Assembly (NCBI GenBank): GCA_965644295.1
Contig: CBFFRP010000139.1
Location: 45,281-109,280 of the forward strand
Source: Paraphysomonas bandaiensis
Taxonomy: Eukaryota; Protista; Chrysophyceae
Direction of reading: 5' to 3'
DNA length: 64,000 nucleotides
Below the pieces are notes generated by a model. The model did not search any database, was not told where the DNA came from, and saw only the letters and a program-made list of their open reading frames with translations. Below are positions 1 to 11,552 of the stretch, one piece after another. Position 1 is the first letter of the stretch. The number at the start of each line of letters is the position of its first letter. Made by a program: the position numbers and the translations under genes.

Positions 1-329
1 ACCATATTCCATTCACACTTAACACAAGAGCACTTATCTTGCGGGATAGTGCTTCTACAAAGATAGTTGGAAATTCATGTGTACACCTATACTCGGTTTG
101 GCGACTTCATTTTGCAGTTTGCAGTTTACTCCGAATGGTATAACTATGATGTCAAATACGCCCCACACTCTAACGATATCTACTTCGATTCACAGATATT
201 GCTGATGAGTTACAGCAATACAGTTTTTACATGCACATTGATGCATCTCTCATGTATTAATTTTGTTTTCTCGTACTAATTATTAATAAAATAATTTTTA
301 GTGGGTCGAAGAATCATGACTGTGCTTCA

Positions 330-1460
330 GTGAGAAATATGTTTAAATCCAGAGTAATGAATCGCGTTCTGCTCTCTGTAAGGAGCTCTCGTGGTGACTA
401 CTGTGATGCCAACGACTCCGGTGTATATATCGATACCAGTAATGGTCGATCTCTCGTCACTGTTGGTGACTTCGCAGATCTTGTGGCAAGAGAGAAGCCG
501 GACGTAGTGTTATCCATAGCAGACGAAGTTCCGTACAGTTGTGGTCAGAAGCGCCTCCGCAACGCTGTTAGAAGATCCCAGCAATGGTTTAGAACATTAC
601 GTGCATCTCAAAACCTATGGGTGACAGGGGGAGAGGGTTGTGACAGGTTACTGATGGGGGTTGTAGTGGGCGGACGCAGTGCGAAAGGGCTGCCTGATGG
701 GGTCAGGGCGCAAGCTCGGTACCTCCTGGATCATGGTGCGGATGGTATGCTATGTTAAGAGTGCATGTGCTACACTTGGTGATGTGGTATGTGCCATCCA
801 GGTTTGTTATTGGGCGGAATGGGTCAGGGGGAGTCTTTTGAGGATCGGGAGCAAGTGGTGCGTGCAGTGCGAGAGGAGGTGGGACCTAAAATTACACTTG
901 TGGTACAGGGTGTACATTCGATTTCCGAGGTAATTTTGTTCCGTATCCATAACTTGTAGTCTGATAAGTGAAGTAGGTTACCCACCTCGCTTCACTTGGT
1001 GTTCAAGTGATTTGCACGGATTGCCCTACTGTTTTGTCTTCTGAGGGGCTCATCTTAATGTCACCTTCAAACCAAGATAATAGTGAGACTGATGGAGTAC
1101 CTCGAAAACGGGCTCGACGCGATAATAAAGATAATACTAATACAAGCTTAGTGAACCTGTGGGATACTCAATATGCCAAAGATGGATCTGCAATGGTGAG
1201 TTTATGATTGTACCTGTAATACTAGTCTAACGTTCCTTGTAGGTGCCAGGTTGTGGGTGCCATGGGTGTAGGTAATACAAACGTAGTTTTTTTGTTCTAT
1301 CAGTAAATGACTCTTTTGTTGCAGGAATTATTCCAAAGCGTATATCCATCATCTTTTGGTATCTCACGAACTACTGGCCGATATTATGATATATACGCAC
1401 AACCAGCGAAGTATATTAGAAATAATAGACTCCTTAGGGTACAATTATAAAAGTTTATAA
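330..1460 (+). CDS. QTRT2: Queuine tRNA-ribosyltransferase accessory subunit (QTRT2/QTRTD1-like), 5 exons
   Basis: Exons about 330-744, 802-929, 977-1195, 1243-1271 and 1325-1460 join to give PDVVLSIADEV..RRSQQW..GVVVGG..DGLLLGGMGQGE..NLWDTQYAKD..PGCGCHGCRNYSKAYIHHLL..HELLA..HN, i.e. the TGT-family zinc site CxCxxC...H. The true start may lie upstream. Confidence 0.85.
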
Positions 1461-2066
1461 TCACAAAGTGTTGTTTGTAGTAGGTGACTCACATTGATTA
1501 AGCATATAATGGACTCTTTGTATGATTGTTGTCGATCCATTCATGGGATGAATGTTAAGTTTACGCCATTGGAAAGTTAGCACCTGCCACATACCATAAC
1601 GTGATGGTATACCCCTGATGAGCATCTCTCATCAGTCATTCATTCACTAAATCTATGCCGAACTATTTCTCAGAACCTAAATAGTCACGACCTCATACAC
1701 ATTCCATATTATTCAGTTTCACTACATATTCTTTTTTCTTTTCATATCATTAGAGTCTAGGTAGAGTTATATTTAACCACGGGTAGTATGGTATATGGTG
1801 GCTATGTCGTCCCACGTTCAACATTTTGAAACCTGCAAAAATACGATTTTTAATATTTGGACAAAGGACGATACTCCTTATCCCCAGCAGGCTTTATTGT
1901 AGCTTATTGGGCTTTGGGCTTTGGGTTTTGGTCTGAGTCAGGTTCAACAGAACACTCACATTAGCGCCGGGCACTGGTCAATATAGTCATTCAACTCAAT
2001 ATTCGGTTTCAGCATAGACTACTTTTAAGAGTCCCAGGATACATCCAGGATAAAAGAGGAAAATAT

Positions 2067-2227
2067 ATAAAAAGTCAAGCAAACACGTGGCTCACTCACC
2101 AGTAACTTCGAACCAACCACAATCTTAGCCGTGGAAAGTTGATTATGAAGGTCGAAACATGAATCCATTTCATCTCTAGTCGTTGCTATTACTTTAAGCC
2201 AATTATATGTTGTGGGATGATACTACC
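2067..2227 (+). pseudogene. Decayed hAT-like transposase C-terminal (dimerisation) fragment
   Basis: Broken frames read ..KHV..TSN..SRGKLIM..RNMNPFHL*SLLLL*ANYMLWDDTT, resembling the PTSN..ERLFS.AK...R..M.P..LE.L.FL..N..LW motif. Contains stops and frameshifts. Confidence 0.5.
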
Positions 2228-2741
2228 TACCATAAAGCCTTTCAAGAAGATCCTGATGTATTAGTGGCGAGTGAGAAAAATGAAGTGGTAGTAGTTTCGA
2301 TTAGTAGGCTGTTGTTAACTTACCTAGTAATTAAGGTAGCACCATATCATCATACTATCTAATATGAGAGATATTATGTAGCTAGTCGTTGACGCTACCA
2401 TTAATGGGCCGTTAATGATAATTAATGGCGTTATAATTGTTGAGTTTTGCTGTTTGTGAGCAATTAAAAGCTGTAGTTTCCAAGATATTAGAATTATATC
2501 CGTTACTCAAAGAATACAGTAGTAGCTAGCTGTAGTATGAGAACCAATAATATGATAGCCATTGTAGTGATAAAACTGAAATATACTGACTGTACAAGAT
2601 AGTGACGATGTAAGATCGTACTAGAAATGGTTGGTGTAGTAGAGATAGAAAGAGTTGGTGAACGTCAATGAATGAAGTATGGTATCTCTTATAATTATAT
2701 AATATTCCATATAAGTGTTAACAAAGGTCTTATTACTAAAA

Positions 2742-5060
2742 ATGTCTATTTCTAACATGGTAGCAGACAGTAGTTCGGAGTGGAAACTTCTTCCTAAATT
2801 TGATCAGTTCGGTGTAGTGAATTGGTCAAAGAATCTGAAAGTGTGGTTGATGAGGAAGAACAGGAACCATCTGGGTCTAGAGGACCGTCCAGTAAGACCA
2901 GCAAATAATGCGCCAGTGACAGTCCGAAATAAGTACAAGGAGGATCTGGACAAGTGGCTGGAGAGGAAAGACACGTGCATCAGTTCGATATTTGAAGCTG
3001 TTCAACCAGTCGCTGAAGCCCTTGAGATCGTGGATCAGTACTTCCGGGAAAAGGATATGCTCCCGCAGGACCATCCTGATAAAGAGCAGTTAGCGAGTGA
3101 ACTCATCTCTAGGTTAATTGTTCGGTTTCGAGGGGAAATCCAATATGAATTAGTTGAATTGAATAAGAAGTTTGCAGGATTCAAAATTCTACCGGGGGAA
3201 CTCGTGTGCGCAAAATCAAAGATGACAAGGAAATCATTCACCGCAAAGAGAGATGACGAACTGCAAGCTACAGAGTTCCTTGAGAAGGTTTCTGTGGACA
3301 TTGCTGTATATTTCAATTGCCCATCCAGACAAGGATACAAATATGTTCTGACATTATCAGATATAGCCACCAAGGAGTTTTGGGAATATCCGTTGGAGAC
3401 ACGGTCTGCGAATGAGGTGTTGAGTTGCGTGAAGGACTGGGTTGAGCGTAAACTCCCTACATATCCCGGTTCACACCGGTTGATACAGTACCATTCGGAT
3501 GGGGGGGCTGAGTTGATCGACAAGTCCATTCAGCAATACTTAATGAGCAAGTTTGGAACTAGCATCACTTGGAGCTCCACAGACAGCCCTGAGATGAATG
3601 GTGTATCTGAGCGTAGGAATCGAACATTGGGAGAAATGACTCTGGCTCTGTTAATGGACTCAGGATTACCCGTAATTTTTTGGTGGGATGCTTATGTATA
3701 TGCATGCATGATAGTTCGACGAATGCCTACACGTACATATCGAGGTTGGATGTCTCCAATGGAATGCGTCCCAGGAGGTTCAGTCCCTGACTTATCGAGA
3801 TTTCGACGCTGGGGGTGCAAGGCTTATGTGCTTATTCCCAAAGGTGATCGTCGAAAGGACTGGCAGGAGAAGTCGCAGACTGGGTATTTCATAGGTCTAT
3901 CCAATACGAAAAAGGGATCCCGTGTGTGGCTTGGTGACAAAGAAGTCGTATCAGTACATGTTCTGTATGATGAAAGTATACCTCCAAGAGATAAGGAGTA
4001 CTATGCAGAGCTTGAAGAGGCCTTAGTCAAAACTGACCCATTAGATCGATCAGTTGAAGAGTTTAAACATCTGATTGGTTCGTATCATGTGGACGACGGG
4101 TTTCTCTTTAAGACTACGAGAGTTGTGGTGCGAAAAGGACTAATTGTGGCGTTTAGGGCGCTAGTAACTGCTGGGAAAGAGCAGATAGAAGAAAAAGTCC
4201 CTATTCACGTACGTGATATTGCCGAGTTGACTGGTGACTATAACCGCAGGCTGTACTCAAAACCTCGTTCTTGTGACGACAAGAGAGGTGGATCGTCATC
4301 TACGCCGGCTTCGGGTGACACGCCCAATAAGTCTACGGCGGATGAGATTCCAGGGAAGAGAATGTCCCTTCGTACTTTGCCGGAGAGTAGTGCGGGTGCT
4401 GTACCGAGTGGGGTCAGCGCGAATCGTGTCTTTGAGAATGTACCTTCTTGTGTGCCAAGTGAGAATAGTGGTACTGTACATGCTGAGTCAAGGGAGACCA
4501 GTGGTAAACGTACGCGAATCCGAAGGGTGTTGACTAATGTGTCCACCCTGGGTGAGGTAAACCTTCTCCATGATGAGGAGATTGTTAACTTGTGTGATGA
4601 GAGTGATTGCGCACTTATGTCTAACTCGTCTACTTATAGAGAGCCTGAGACGTATGAAGAGTCATTGACATGTCCTGAAGCTTCAAATTGGAAGGAAGCT
4701 AGACGATTAGAACGGAATGCATTATTCAAGCGGGAAGTGTTTAATGTCGTTGAGACGCCACCTGGTGTTAGACCTCTAAAGTCCAGATATGTGTTCAAAC
4801 GAAAATACAATAAAGATGGATCAATAAAAAAGCATAAAGCTCGTCTGGTCGCTCTGGGATATGGTCAAAGGACAGTATGCACATCCATCAACTTGACGTG
4901 TCGAATGCATTCTGTTATGCTAAAATCGAAGGAGACGTGTACATGGACCCTCCTCCCGATTTTCAGTTGCCACCAGGACACTGTTTCAAACTATATCGCT
5001 CACTATATGGCCTTCGGAGTTCTCCACGTTCATGGTGGAAGACCATACATGGATTTATAA
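2742..5060 (+). CDS. Copia gag fragment fused to integrase and RT N-terminus
   Basis: Gag-like N-terminus joins directly (about 3206) to CAKSK..VSVD..SDGGAE..PEMNGVSERRNRTL (DDE integrase), WGCKAYV and KARLVALGYGQ. No zinc knuckle or protease motif is visible. Confidence 0.9.
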   Translation: MSISNMVADSSSEWKLLPKFDQFGVVNWSKNLKVWLMRKNRNHLGLEDRPVRPANNAPVTVRNKYKEDLDKWLERKDTCISSIFEAVQPVAEALEIVDQYFREKDMLPQDHPDKEQLASELISRLIVRFRGEIQYELVELNKKFAGFKILPGELVCAKSKMTRKSFTAKRDDELQATEFLEKVSVDIAVYFNCPSRQGYKYVLTLSDIATKEFWEYPLETRSANEVLSCVKDWVERKLPTYPGSHRLIQYHSDGGAELIDKSIQQYLMSKFGTSITWSSTDSPEMNGVSERRNRTLGEMTLALLMDSGLPVIFWWDAYVYACMIVRRMPTRTYRGWMSPMECVPGGSVPDLSRFRRWGCKAYVLIPKGDRRKDWQEKSQTGYFIGLSNTKKGSRVWLGDKEVVSVHVLYDESIPPRDKEYYAELEEALVKTDPLDRSVEEFKHLIGSYHVDDGFLFKTTRVVVRKGLIVAFRALVTAGKEQIEEKVPIHVRDIAELTGDYNRRLYSKPRSCDDKRGGSSSTPASGDTPNKSTADEIPGKRMSLRTLPESSAGAVPSGVSANRVFENVPSCVPSENSGTVHAESRETSGKRTRIRRVLTNVSTLGEVNLLHDEEIVNLCDESDCALMSNSSTYREPETYEESLTCPEASNWKEARRLERNALFKREVFNVVETPPGVRPLKSRYVFKRKYNKDGSIKKHKARLVALGYGQRTVCTSINLTCRMHSVMLKSKETCTWTLLPIFSCHQDTVSNYIAHYMAFGVLHVHGGRPYMDL

Positions 5061-6187
5061 AGTCTTTGGGATTCAAACCCTGCATTTTAGAACCATGTCT
5101 ATATTATATGATGTACAAAGGTCATCGTGTGTACTTAACCATATACGTTGATGATATAGTAATCGCTTGTGCGGATCTGACTATTTTGACAGAAATCAAG
5201 AAACGGTTTTGTGAAAGATTTGACATGTCAGACATGGGAGAATTAGAGCATTTTCTCAACGTTCGAGTTACAAGGACCAAGAATTATATTCAACTTGACC
5301 AATCGACATACGCTGAAAAAATTCTCACCAAATATGCAGCATTCCTTGGACCTTCAAACAAAGTTCGCAAATCCCCACTACCTGTAGATGCCATGGACAG
5401 GATTAATTGCACTGATAGTGAGAACTCATCTCAGGAGGAAGAGGGAGTCGACAATTATCCCTATCGTAGCTTACTAGGTGCCATGCTATATCTATCAATG
5501 AATACGCGTCCAGATATTGCGTATGCTGTTGGCCTATTGTCACGATATGCTTCGAAACCAACAAAGGCTACATGCAAGTTGATGACTTATTTGTTACAAT
5601 ACATCAGGGGTACTGTGCGGAAAGGTATTCGGTTCAGTGGTAAGAGCTTTGACATGCATATTTTCACAGACGCTGACTGGGCAGGCGATACTGTGTCACG
5701 AAGGTCGACAACTGGATACATTGTGTTTGCAGCAGGTGGACCACTCACCTGGCAATCAATCTTACAAGTTACTGTGTCTACGTCTTCAATGCAGAGTGAG
5801 TACCAAGCTATGTACGCTGGCATGCAAGAACTGGTGTGGCTTCGGGGGGTGTTGGCCGAATTGGGACTTCGACTGTACGAACCCACTCCATTTTTTTTAG
5901 ATAGCCAGAGTGCTCGTGATCTAGCATTAAATCCAGTGTTCCACAAAAGATCAAAACACATTGAAATCAAATACCACTGGGTGCGTGAACATGTAGATCC
6001 AGAAGGACGTTTTAACACTGCGATATTGTATCACGTTGGAACTGATAACCAGACTGCAGACATATTTACGAAATCTTTGTGTGGCGTTATATACGAGAAG
6101 CATAGAAAGAGATGTCTAGGAGAAGATCAGAAGTCATCTGTGGATGTCATCAGAGAGAATTCATACAAACGAAACAGAGGCTCATAA
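4877..6187 (+). CDS. Copia reverse transcriptase/RNase H (out of frame with upstream ORF)
   Basis: QLDVSNAF, SLYGLR, IYVDDI, TRPDIAYAV, DADWAG..RRSTTG, KHIEIKYH, ADIFTK. Confidence 0.95.
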   Translation: MHIHQLDVSNAFCYAKIEGDVYMDPPPDFQLPPGHCFKLYRSLYGLRSSPRSWWKTIHGFIKSLGFKPCILEPCLYYMMYKGHRVYLTIYVDDIVIACADLTILTEIKKRFCERFDMSDMGELEHFLNVRVTRTKNYIQLDQSTYAEKILTKYAAFLGPSNKVRKSPLPVDAMDRINCTDSENSSQEEEGVDNYPYRSLLGAMLYLSMNTRPDIAYAVGLLSRYASKPTKATCKLMTYLLQYIRGTVRKGIRFSGKSFDMHIFTDADWAGDTVSRRSTTGYIVFAAGGPLTWQSILQVTVSTSSMQSEYQAMYAGMQELVWLRGVLAELGLRLYEPTPFFLDSQSARDLALNPVFHKRSKHIEIKYHWVREHVDPEGRFNTAILYHVGTDNQTADIFTKSLCGVIYEKHRKRCLGEDQKSSVDVIRENSYKRNRGS

Positions 6188-6967
6188 ACGTGTTGTCTAC
6201 GGAGAGGCTAGCTGAAACGTCGGAGCCATACGTCCACCGGTTTGTCCTATACGGTTTCGGTGGTTGCGTATCCGTCAGTTATGCCATGTGTTACAGCTTT
6301 GAATTGAGAGGGAGTGTTGAGTTTTGCTGTTTGTGAGCAATTAAAAGCTGTAGTTTCCAAGATATTAGAATTATATCCGTTACTCAAAGAATACAGTAGT
6401 AGCTAGCTGTAGTATGAGAACCAATAATATGATAGCCATTGTAGTGATAAAACTGAAATATACTGACTGTACAAGATAGTGACGATGTAAGATCGTACTA
6501 GAAATGGTTGGTGTAGTAGAGATAGAAAGAGTTGGTGAACGTCAATGAATGAAGTATGGTATCTCTTATAATTATATAATATTCCATATAAGTGTTAACA
6601 AAGGTCTTATTACTAAAAATGTCTATTTCTAACAATAATTGCAGGGAACTGGGGAGCTGGGCACCCATTCGTCACAAATAGGCCAATGGGCCATTCACGG
6701 TTACCAGTTACTGGGCCGTGAATATGTGTAGACATATTTACATTATATGTCATTTAGTGTTTACTTTAAAAAGATTTTATGATTTTAAATATATCGCGTT
6801 TTCTGAAAGAGTTAAAACGTATTATGTAACGATAGCGGGATTAGATCACACACTGAAACTATAACTATGCCAACAAACTTCCAATGAACAATCTACATTA
6901 ATATATTTTTATTTTACGTAAGGCTGCACTATTAATTCACTTAATCAGCTACACTCAAAGTATACAG

Positions 6968-7787
6968 TCAAGAAATACCTACTTTATTGCTACAGTAGGC
7001 AATGTGTTCCTTAATATTTTTGGCATTCCACATGTCTTCATGAAGGCAGTCTTCGAGTTCAAAAGGACCATGCTTCAAGCGTTCTAGAGCCGTCATATGA
7101 GCACATGATGAGCAAGCTTCAGCAATATCAGATATGAGGGCGCGAATGTAAACCCCTCCACCACATTCCACACGAATTCCGAATTTTGGTAATTGAACAC
7201 TGTTATCCAACACAATGTTATCAACAGTGACAGGTCGGGGCTCACGGGGTACTACAACTCCACTTCTCGCCAAGTCATACATTCTTACGCCATCTTTCTT
7301 CAAAGCTGAATACATTGGAGGACGCTGTAGAATATTACCGCAAAATGAGGATAGTGTGCCCTGAAGCATGCTCATATCTACATGGCTACAGTCCATGGTA
7401 GATACTGTTGTGCCCTCCGAATCTAGGGTATCAGTAGAAGTACCAAGTTGTCCAATGCCATAATACACTTTAGTTCCTAACAAGTACTCCTGCATTAGCT
7501 TTGTTCCTCCTCCAACCCCAAGGACAAGAACACCCCGTGCTAGTGGGTCTAGTGTTCCTCCATGACCGACTTTAATTTTTCGTTTCTTTTTATTCGTACC
7601 AGCTGGACTGCCGTCTCTCTCTAATATACTACGTATTTTTTGAACAACATCACTTGATGTCCAACCCTGTGGTTTGTATACTGCCATTAACCCACTACAG
7701 TCGTCCGCTTTGCTACTATAATATAAACGCCATGGTTCTCTACGAAACATGTGATTTCTGATCCCCCTGGAGACAATTGTTTTCATC
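6968..7787 (-). CDS. truB: tRNA pseudouridine-55 synthase TruB (intronless, N-terminal extension may be an organellar targeting peptide)
   Basis: KPQGWTSSDVV, KVGHGGTLDPLARGVL, QRPPMYSALK, GGVYIRALISD motifs. Confidence 0.95.
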
Positions 7788-8358
7788 TCAACCAATCACT
7801 ACAACTATCGGGCTAATTATAATACGTGGTCAGATCAATCCATCGGATGCCGCACATGTCAAACACTTCATCGATGGTATACTATTAGGAGCATACTCGA
7901 TTGTGATGCTCTGTGTTGTACTCCCTAAAAGTGTCGTAGTGTCGTAGTGCAGTATCTATAGTATGGAAATATTGAAATCCCCTCTTTTTTTGTGAAAACT
8001 GCCATTATTCTCAGCACAGTGTCCGCATTTTCGCGATTTTTCGCCCTTTGTTTACAAAACAGGGATTTATAGATTTCTGAGTTACATGAATATCGTGGTA
8101 ATTTCCAGAATCTGCATCCATGTGTTGGAACTCTCCTTGTAGGAAATTCGCAGTAGGAGTTAGTACTGTACGAGACTCTGGGAAATGCTGAGGGATCTGT
8201 TGGTTGGGGACAATCAGAGTAATGCTCGACGAAGAGTAAAATATATTTAGCATCAAGACTAAACTCTGTTTGTGATCACTCGTTCATCGATTGAATACGT
8301 GAATTTGCAACAGATAAAAAGGATCGATAGATTAAATCTTGTTGTGACTGTCTATAAC

Positions 8359-9843
8359 ATGAACGCCACTGAAACAAATGCTATGTCTGCACACCCTTTG
8401 CTAGTTCGTGTCAAACGAAAGCGCTCCACAGAGGGTAGCGAGTCCTTACTCATCACTGAAGGGGAGTACTCAAAAAAAATGAAAATGTCTACCCTTGCAA
8501 AGCGCCTTGCTGAGCTTGATGCAAGTGGAGAGCAGACAAAGGCCGACAATAGGAAAATCATGCTGCAAAGAGTTGAAACTGTGGATGCCTCGGATCCGGG
8601 AATTAAAAACATCCAACACAGTAATCAATCTCTTCTGAAGCGGCCACGTGGCTGTGTTAGCGCTGGGCACGGTGCACAATACATGTACACCATGTGTTCC
8701 ACAAGTAACAGCCACGATTCCACAACTGGGTATGTTATAGTTGACTTGGCCCATGTGCCGATCCAACAACAACACGATTCAAATGAATGTAGAGATGCAA
8801 CTAGACTAAGGAAAAAGGTGTTGGACCCGGCAACAAGAGCGCTAGACAAGGCTATTGAGACTGCTATACGCACTGGACAGGTCGATGGTATTCGTGATGC
8901 TGTCGAGCAGGGTGCAGGGGTTAATTACCAGAGGGACGAGGATGGAATGAGCGCTCTAATGGCGGCTGTTATATCAGTAAACATGAAGCTTGTTTCCTAT
9001 TTACTAAACAGAGGAGCCAGTGTTCTCCTTCGGAACGCCGATACGAAGACAGCGATCGATTTTGCAGAGTATGCCCATTCGGACGGAGCGGGCGCCGAAG
9101 TTACACAGATTTCACTTTTGCTTCGGTATGCGCTATCGGAACAGTTAGCAGCTACAGAGTCTCCTACGCCTATATCTGGAGACGAAGATATGAAAGAGGA
9201 CGAATATGTGTATGATGTATATCGTATGACTGACGATGTGTATGATAAGGAAGTCGGATCTGCTCCTGAGGTTGCCGTTCCGGGATTAAGAGTTACTGCT
9301 GAAGGAGTGCGTATCGATGAGCATTTCTGTTATGATTCTGACTGGTCAGACCTTGCGGATGATGAGGACCCCGATTCCAACGACGAGAACTTCATTGGCA
9401 ACGATTACCCGGAGGAGGAGGAGGAAAATGAGGGGCTCTATGCACACAGATCTGAGAGCTCAGATGATGATGATGGCTCTAGTATAGGTGGAGAAAACGC
9501 ACCTCGGTTTGAACGCAGTGGGGTAGGGAGAGTACTGAAACCATTTCTGTTGAACGGCGATGGTGTGAATGGAGGCCCTGTCACAGCAGAAGGTATACGT
9601 GACCTGTGGTCTCTTAGAGATACTGGGGATATGAGCAACGATCTGGAGCAACGACGCCTGGAAGATATGGCGTTTCGTACAGGAATGAGCGTTGGTGCTG
9701 CTACGCGTGAGTTTTATAGTGACGGTATGCCGAAGTATGGCAGGGACCTGAGCGATGACGACGCGAATTGGGATGTCGATATGAGTGAATTTCGAGATGG
9801 GTACTATAATGACTTCGCTTATGATTCTGAGCTGGATGATTGA
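8359..9843 (+). CDS. Iwr1/SLC7A6OS-family RNA polymerase II nuclear import factor with inserted ankyrin repeats
   Basis: N-terminal LVRVKRKR; EYVYDVY and DDEDPDSNDENFIGNDYPEEE (Iwr1 signature). Central ankyrin-like GAGVN..DGMSALMAAV..LVSYLLNRGA..TAIDFA. First ATG at 8359. Confidence 0.85.
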   Translation: MNATETNAMSAHPLLVRVKRKRSTEGSESLLITEGEYSKKMKMSTLAKRLAELDASGEQTKADNRKIMLQRVETVDASDPGIKNIQHSNQSLLKRPRGCVSAGHGAQYMYTMCSTSNSHDSTTGYVIVDLAHVPIQQQHDSNECRDATRLRKKVLDPATRALDKAIETAIRTGQVDGIRDAVEQGAGVNYQRDEDGMSALMAAVISVNMKLVSYLLNRGASVLLRNADTKTAIDFAEYAHSDGAGAEVTQISLLLRYALSEQLAATESPTPISGDEDMKEDEYVYDVYRMTDDVYDKEVGSAPEVAVPGLRVTAEGVRIDEHFCYDSDWSDLADDEDPDSNDENFIGNDYPEEEEENEGLYAHRSESSDDDDGSSIGGENAPRFERSGVGRVLKPFLLNGDGVNGGPVTAEGIRDLWSLRDTGDMSNDLEQRRLEDMAFRTGMSVGAATREFYSDGMPKYGRDLSDDDANWDVDMSEFRDGYYNDFAYDSELDD

Positions 9844-10334
9844 TAATGTTATCTTATTTAAGCCATGTTTTCGTTTACTGTTCATTGATTATATTTACAA
9901 CTAACTCAGTACTGATTGACATATATGCTTCAACGGTACGATGTTTTTGTAGTCAACAATGTTTCAAAAGTAGTGCATCTACGGTAATGACATACATCTA
10001 TACTACAACCTCCAATAGCGTATATATTAATTGTTAACTATCTTATCATTGTAAATTGTAACAGATGCATTCTTTCTCTTCCTTTTTAAGGATGGAGGGC
10101 TATGAGGTGCCAAATTGACCTGGCGTATAACATATAACATATAGCCCTGACATAAAACATACATGTTAGTTGTACACATACTAATTGACCGGCGGGCTGA
10201 TAGATTCTCTGTGCTCGTCATAAACTTTGAGAGAGATACGTGTGTGTCATTTAAGATCTAATATTTCAATCATCCTCATAGTGTTATACTGTACTAATGC
10301 GTAGAAGCAATACAACCCAAATACAAATAAGTTA

Positions 10335-11518
10335 TAGTATTGCAGTGTATCGAATTTTTTGTCTACATAATATTGTGATAGTAGTATACTACATGAGTAA
10401 TAAGCTGTTCTAAACTGTCATGTTAATTGCAGGGCTGCTTACCTAATTGAATTGCAATTAAATTGCATGGAATATACGTAGTGATTGCAATTAAACTGCT
10501 CGCTGGAAGTTTGCAATTAATTGGCAAGGTCTTTATTATATATAATATATAGTATAATGACATAATATTAGCATTATAAGTTGGAAAAAATCAAGGACGA
10601 TGGCCATTGGCCACTTATTACTTATTGCCCTCAATGGTCATCACCCTTAATGGTTATTATAATGGCTATTAATATGGTGGGAAGGTTGGCCTCTCATTTT
10701 AAACTTCTTTACATTTTGAGAGGTACTGTTTCTTCGTACGGTCGATTGAGCTGCAAGGCTAAGATCAGGTCGATCCATAGCATGCGTAACAATTCTTACT
10801 GATCTACTGATCCTGCCTTACAGGATACTGCAGGATTGAAGTTCACTACGAACTGGACGTGCAGCGGTAAGTACATAATGGTATTATCATGTGAAGCAAA
10901 AATCTACATGAGGGACCTGCGCAATTCCATGCACCTCATCGATTGGCGATTAGAGACCCTTATGTTCTTATGCTTTAATAGACTTCTGTGGAATGCAAGT
11001 ACAGTTGAAGATGCTATTCGCTATTCGTGCTTGTGGTGTAACTAATTAAATTGCAATTAATTGTTACGCATGCTATGGATCGACCTGATCTTAGCCTTGC
11101 AGCTCAATCGACCGTACGAAGAAACAGTACCTCTCAAAATGTAAAGAAGTTTAAAATGAGAGGCCAACCTTCCCACCATATTAATAGCCATTATAATAAC
11201 CATTAAGGGTGATGACCATTGAGGGCAATAAGTGATAAGTGGCCAATGGCCATCGTCCTTGATTTTTTCCAACTTATAATGCTAATATTATGTCATTATA
11301 CTATATATTATATATAATAAAGACCTTGTCAATTAATTGCAAACTTCCAGCGAGCAGTTTAATTGCAATCACTACGTATATTCCATGCAATTTAATTGCA
11401 ATTCAATTAGGTAAGCAGCCCTGCAATTAACATGATAGTTTAGAACAGCTTATTACTCATGTAGTATACTACTATCACAATATTATGTAGACAAAAAATT
11501 CGATACACTACAATACTA
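10335..11518. mobile_element. Foldback/long-TIR non-autonomous element (460-bp arms, 264-bp spacer)
   Basis: Arms 10335-10794 and 11059-11518 are reverse complements with 4 transitions counted. TA at both outer ends. AATTGCAATT sub-repeats. hAT-like remnant in the spacer. Confidence 0.85.
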
Positions 11519-11552
11519 CTTGTTTAAGTACAGCTCTACGCTAAACGTAAAT

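Larger units (their letters stand above)
2438..6634 (+). mobile_element. Ty1/Copia LTR retrotransposon (Copia-1a), internally deleted, non-autonomous
   Basis: 320-bp TG...CA LTRs at 2438-2757 and 6315-6634, identical by eye. 5-bp TSD ATAAT (2433-2437, 6635-6639). PBS TGGTAGCAGA at 2758 and PPT GAGAGGGAG before the 3' LTR. Domain order gag-IN-RT-RNaseH. Confidence 0.97.

Noticed and set aside
1907-1931. Telomere-like TTGGGC/TTTGGG run; also GGGTTTA within the satellite
   Set aside because: Too short and irregular to be a telomeric array.
330-7795. Functional cluster of tRNA-modification genes (QTRT2 and TruB)
   Set aside because: They are convergent eukaryotic genes separated by TE DNA, with no evidence of co-regulation.
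10581-11272. Duplicated 71-73-aa ORFs as genes
   Set aside because: They are by-products of the inverted repeat with TTG starts; at most decayed transposase sequence.
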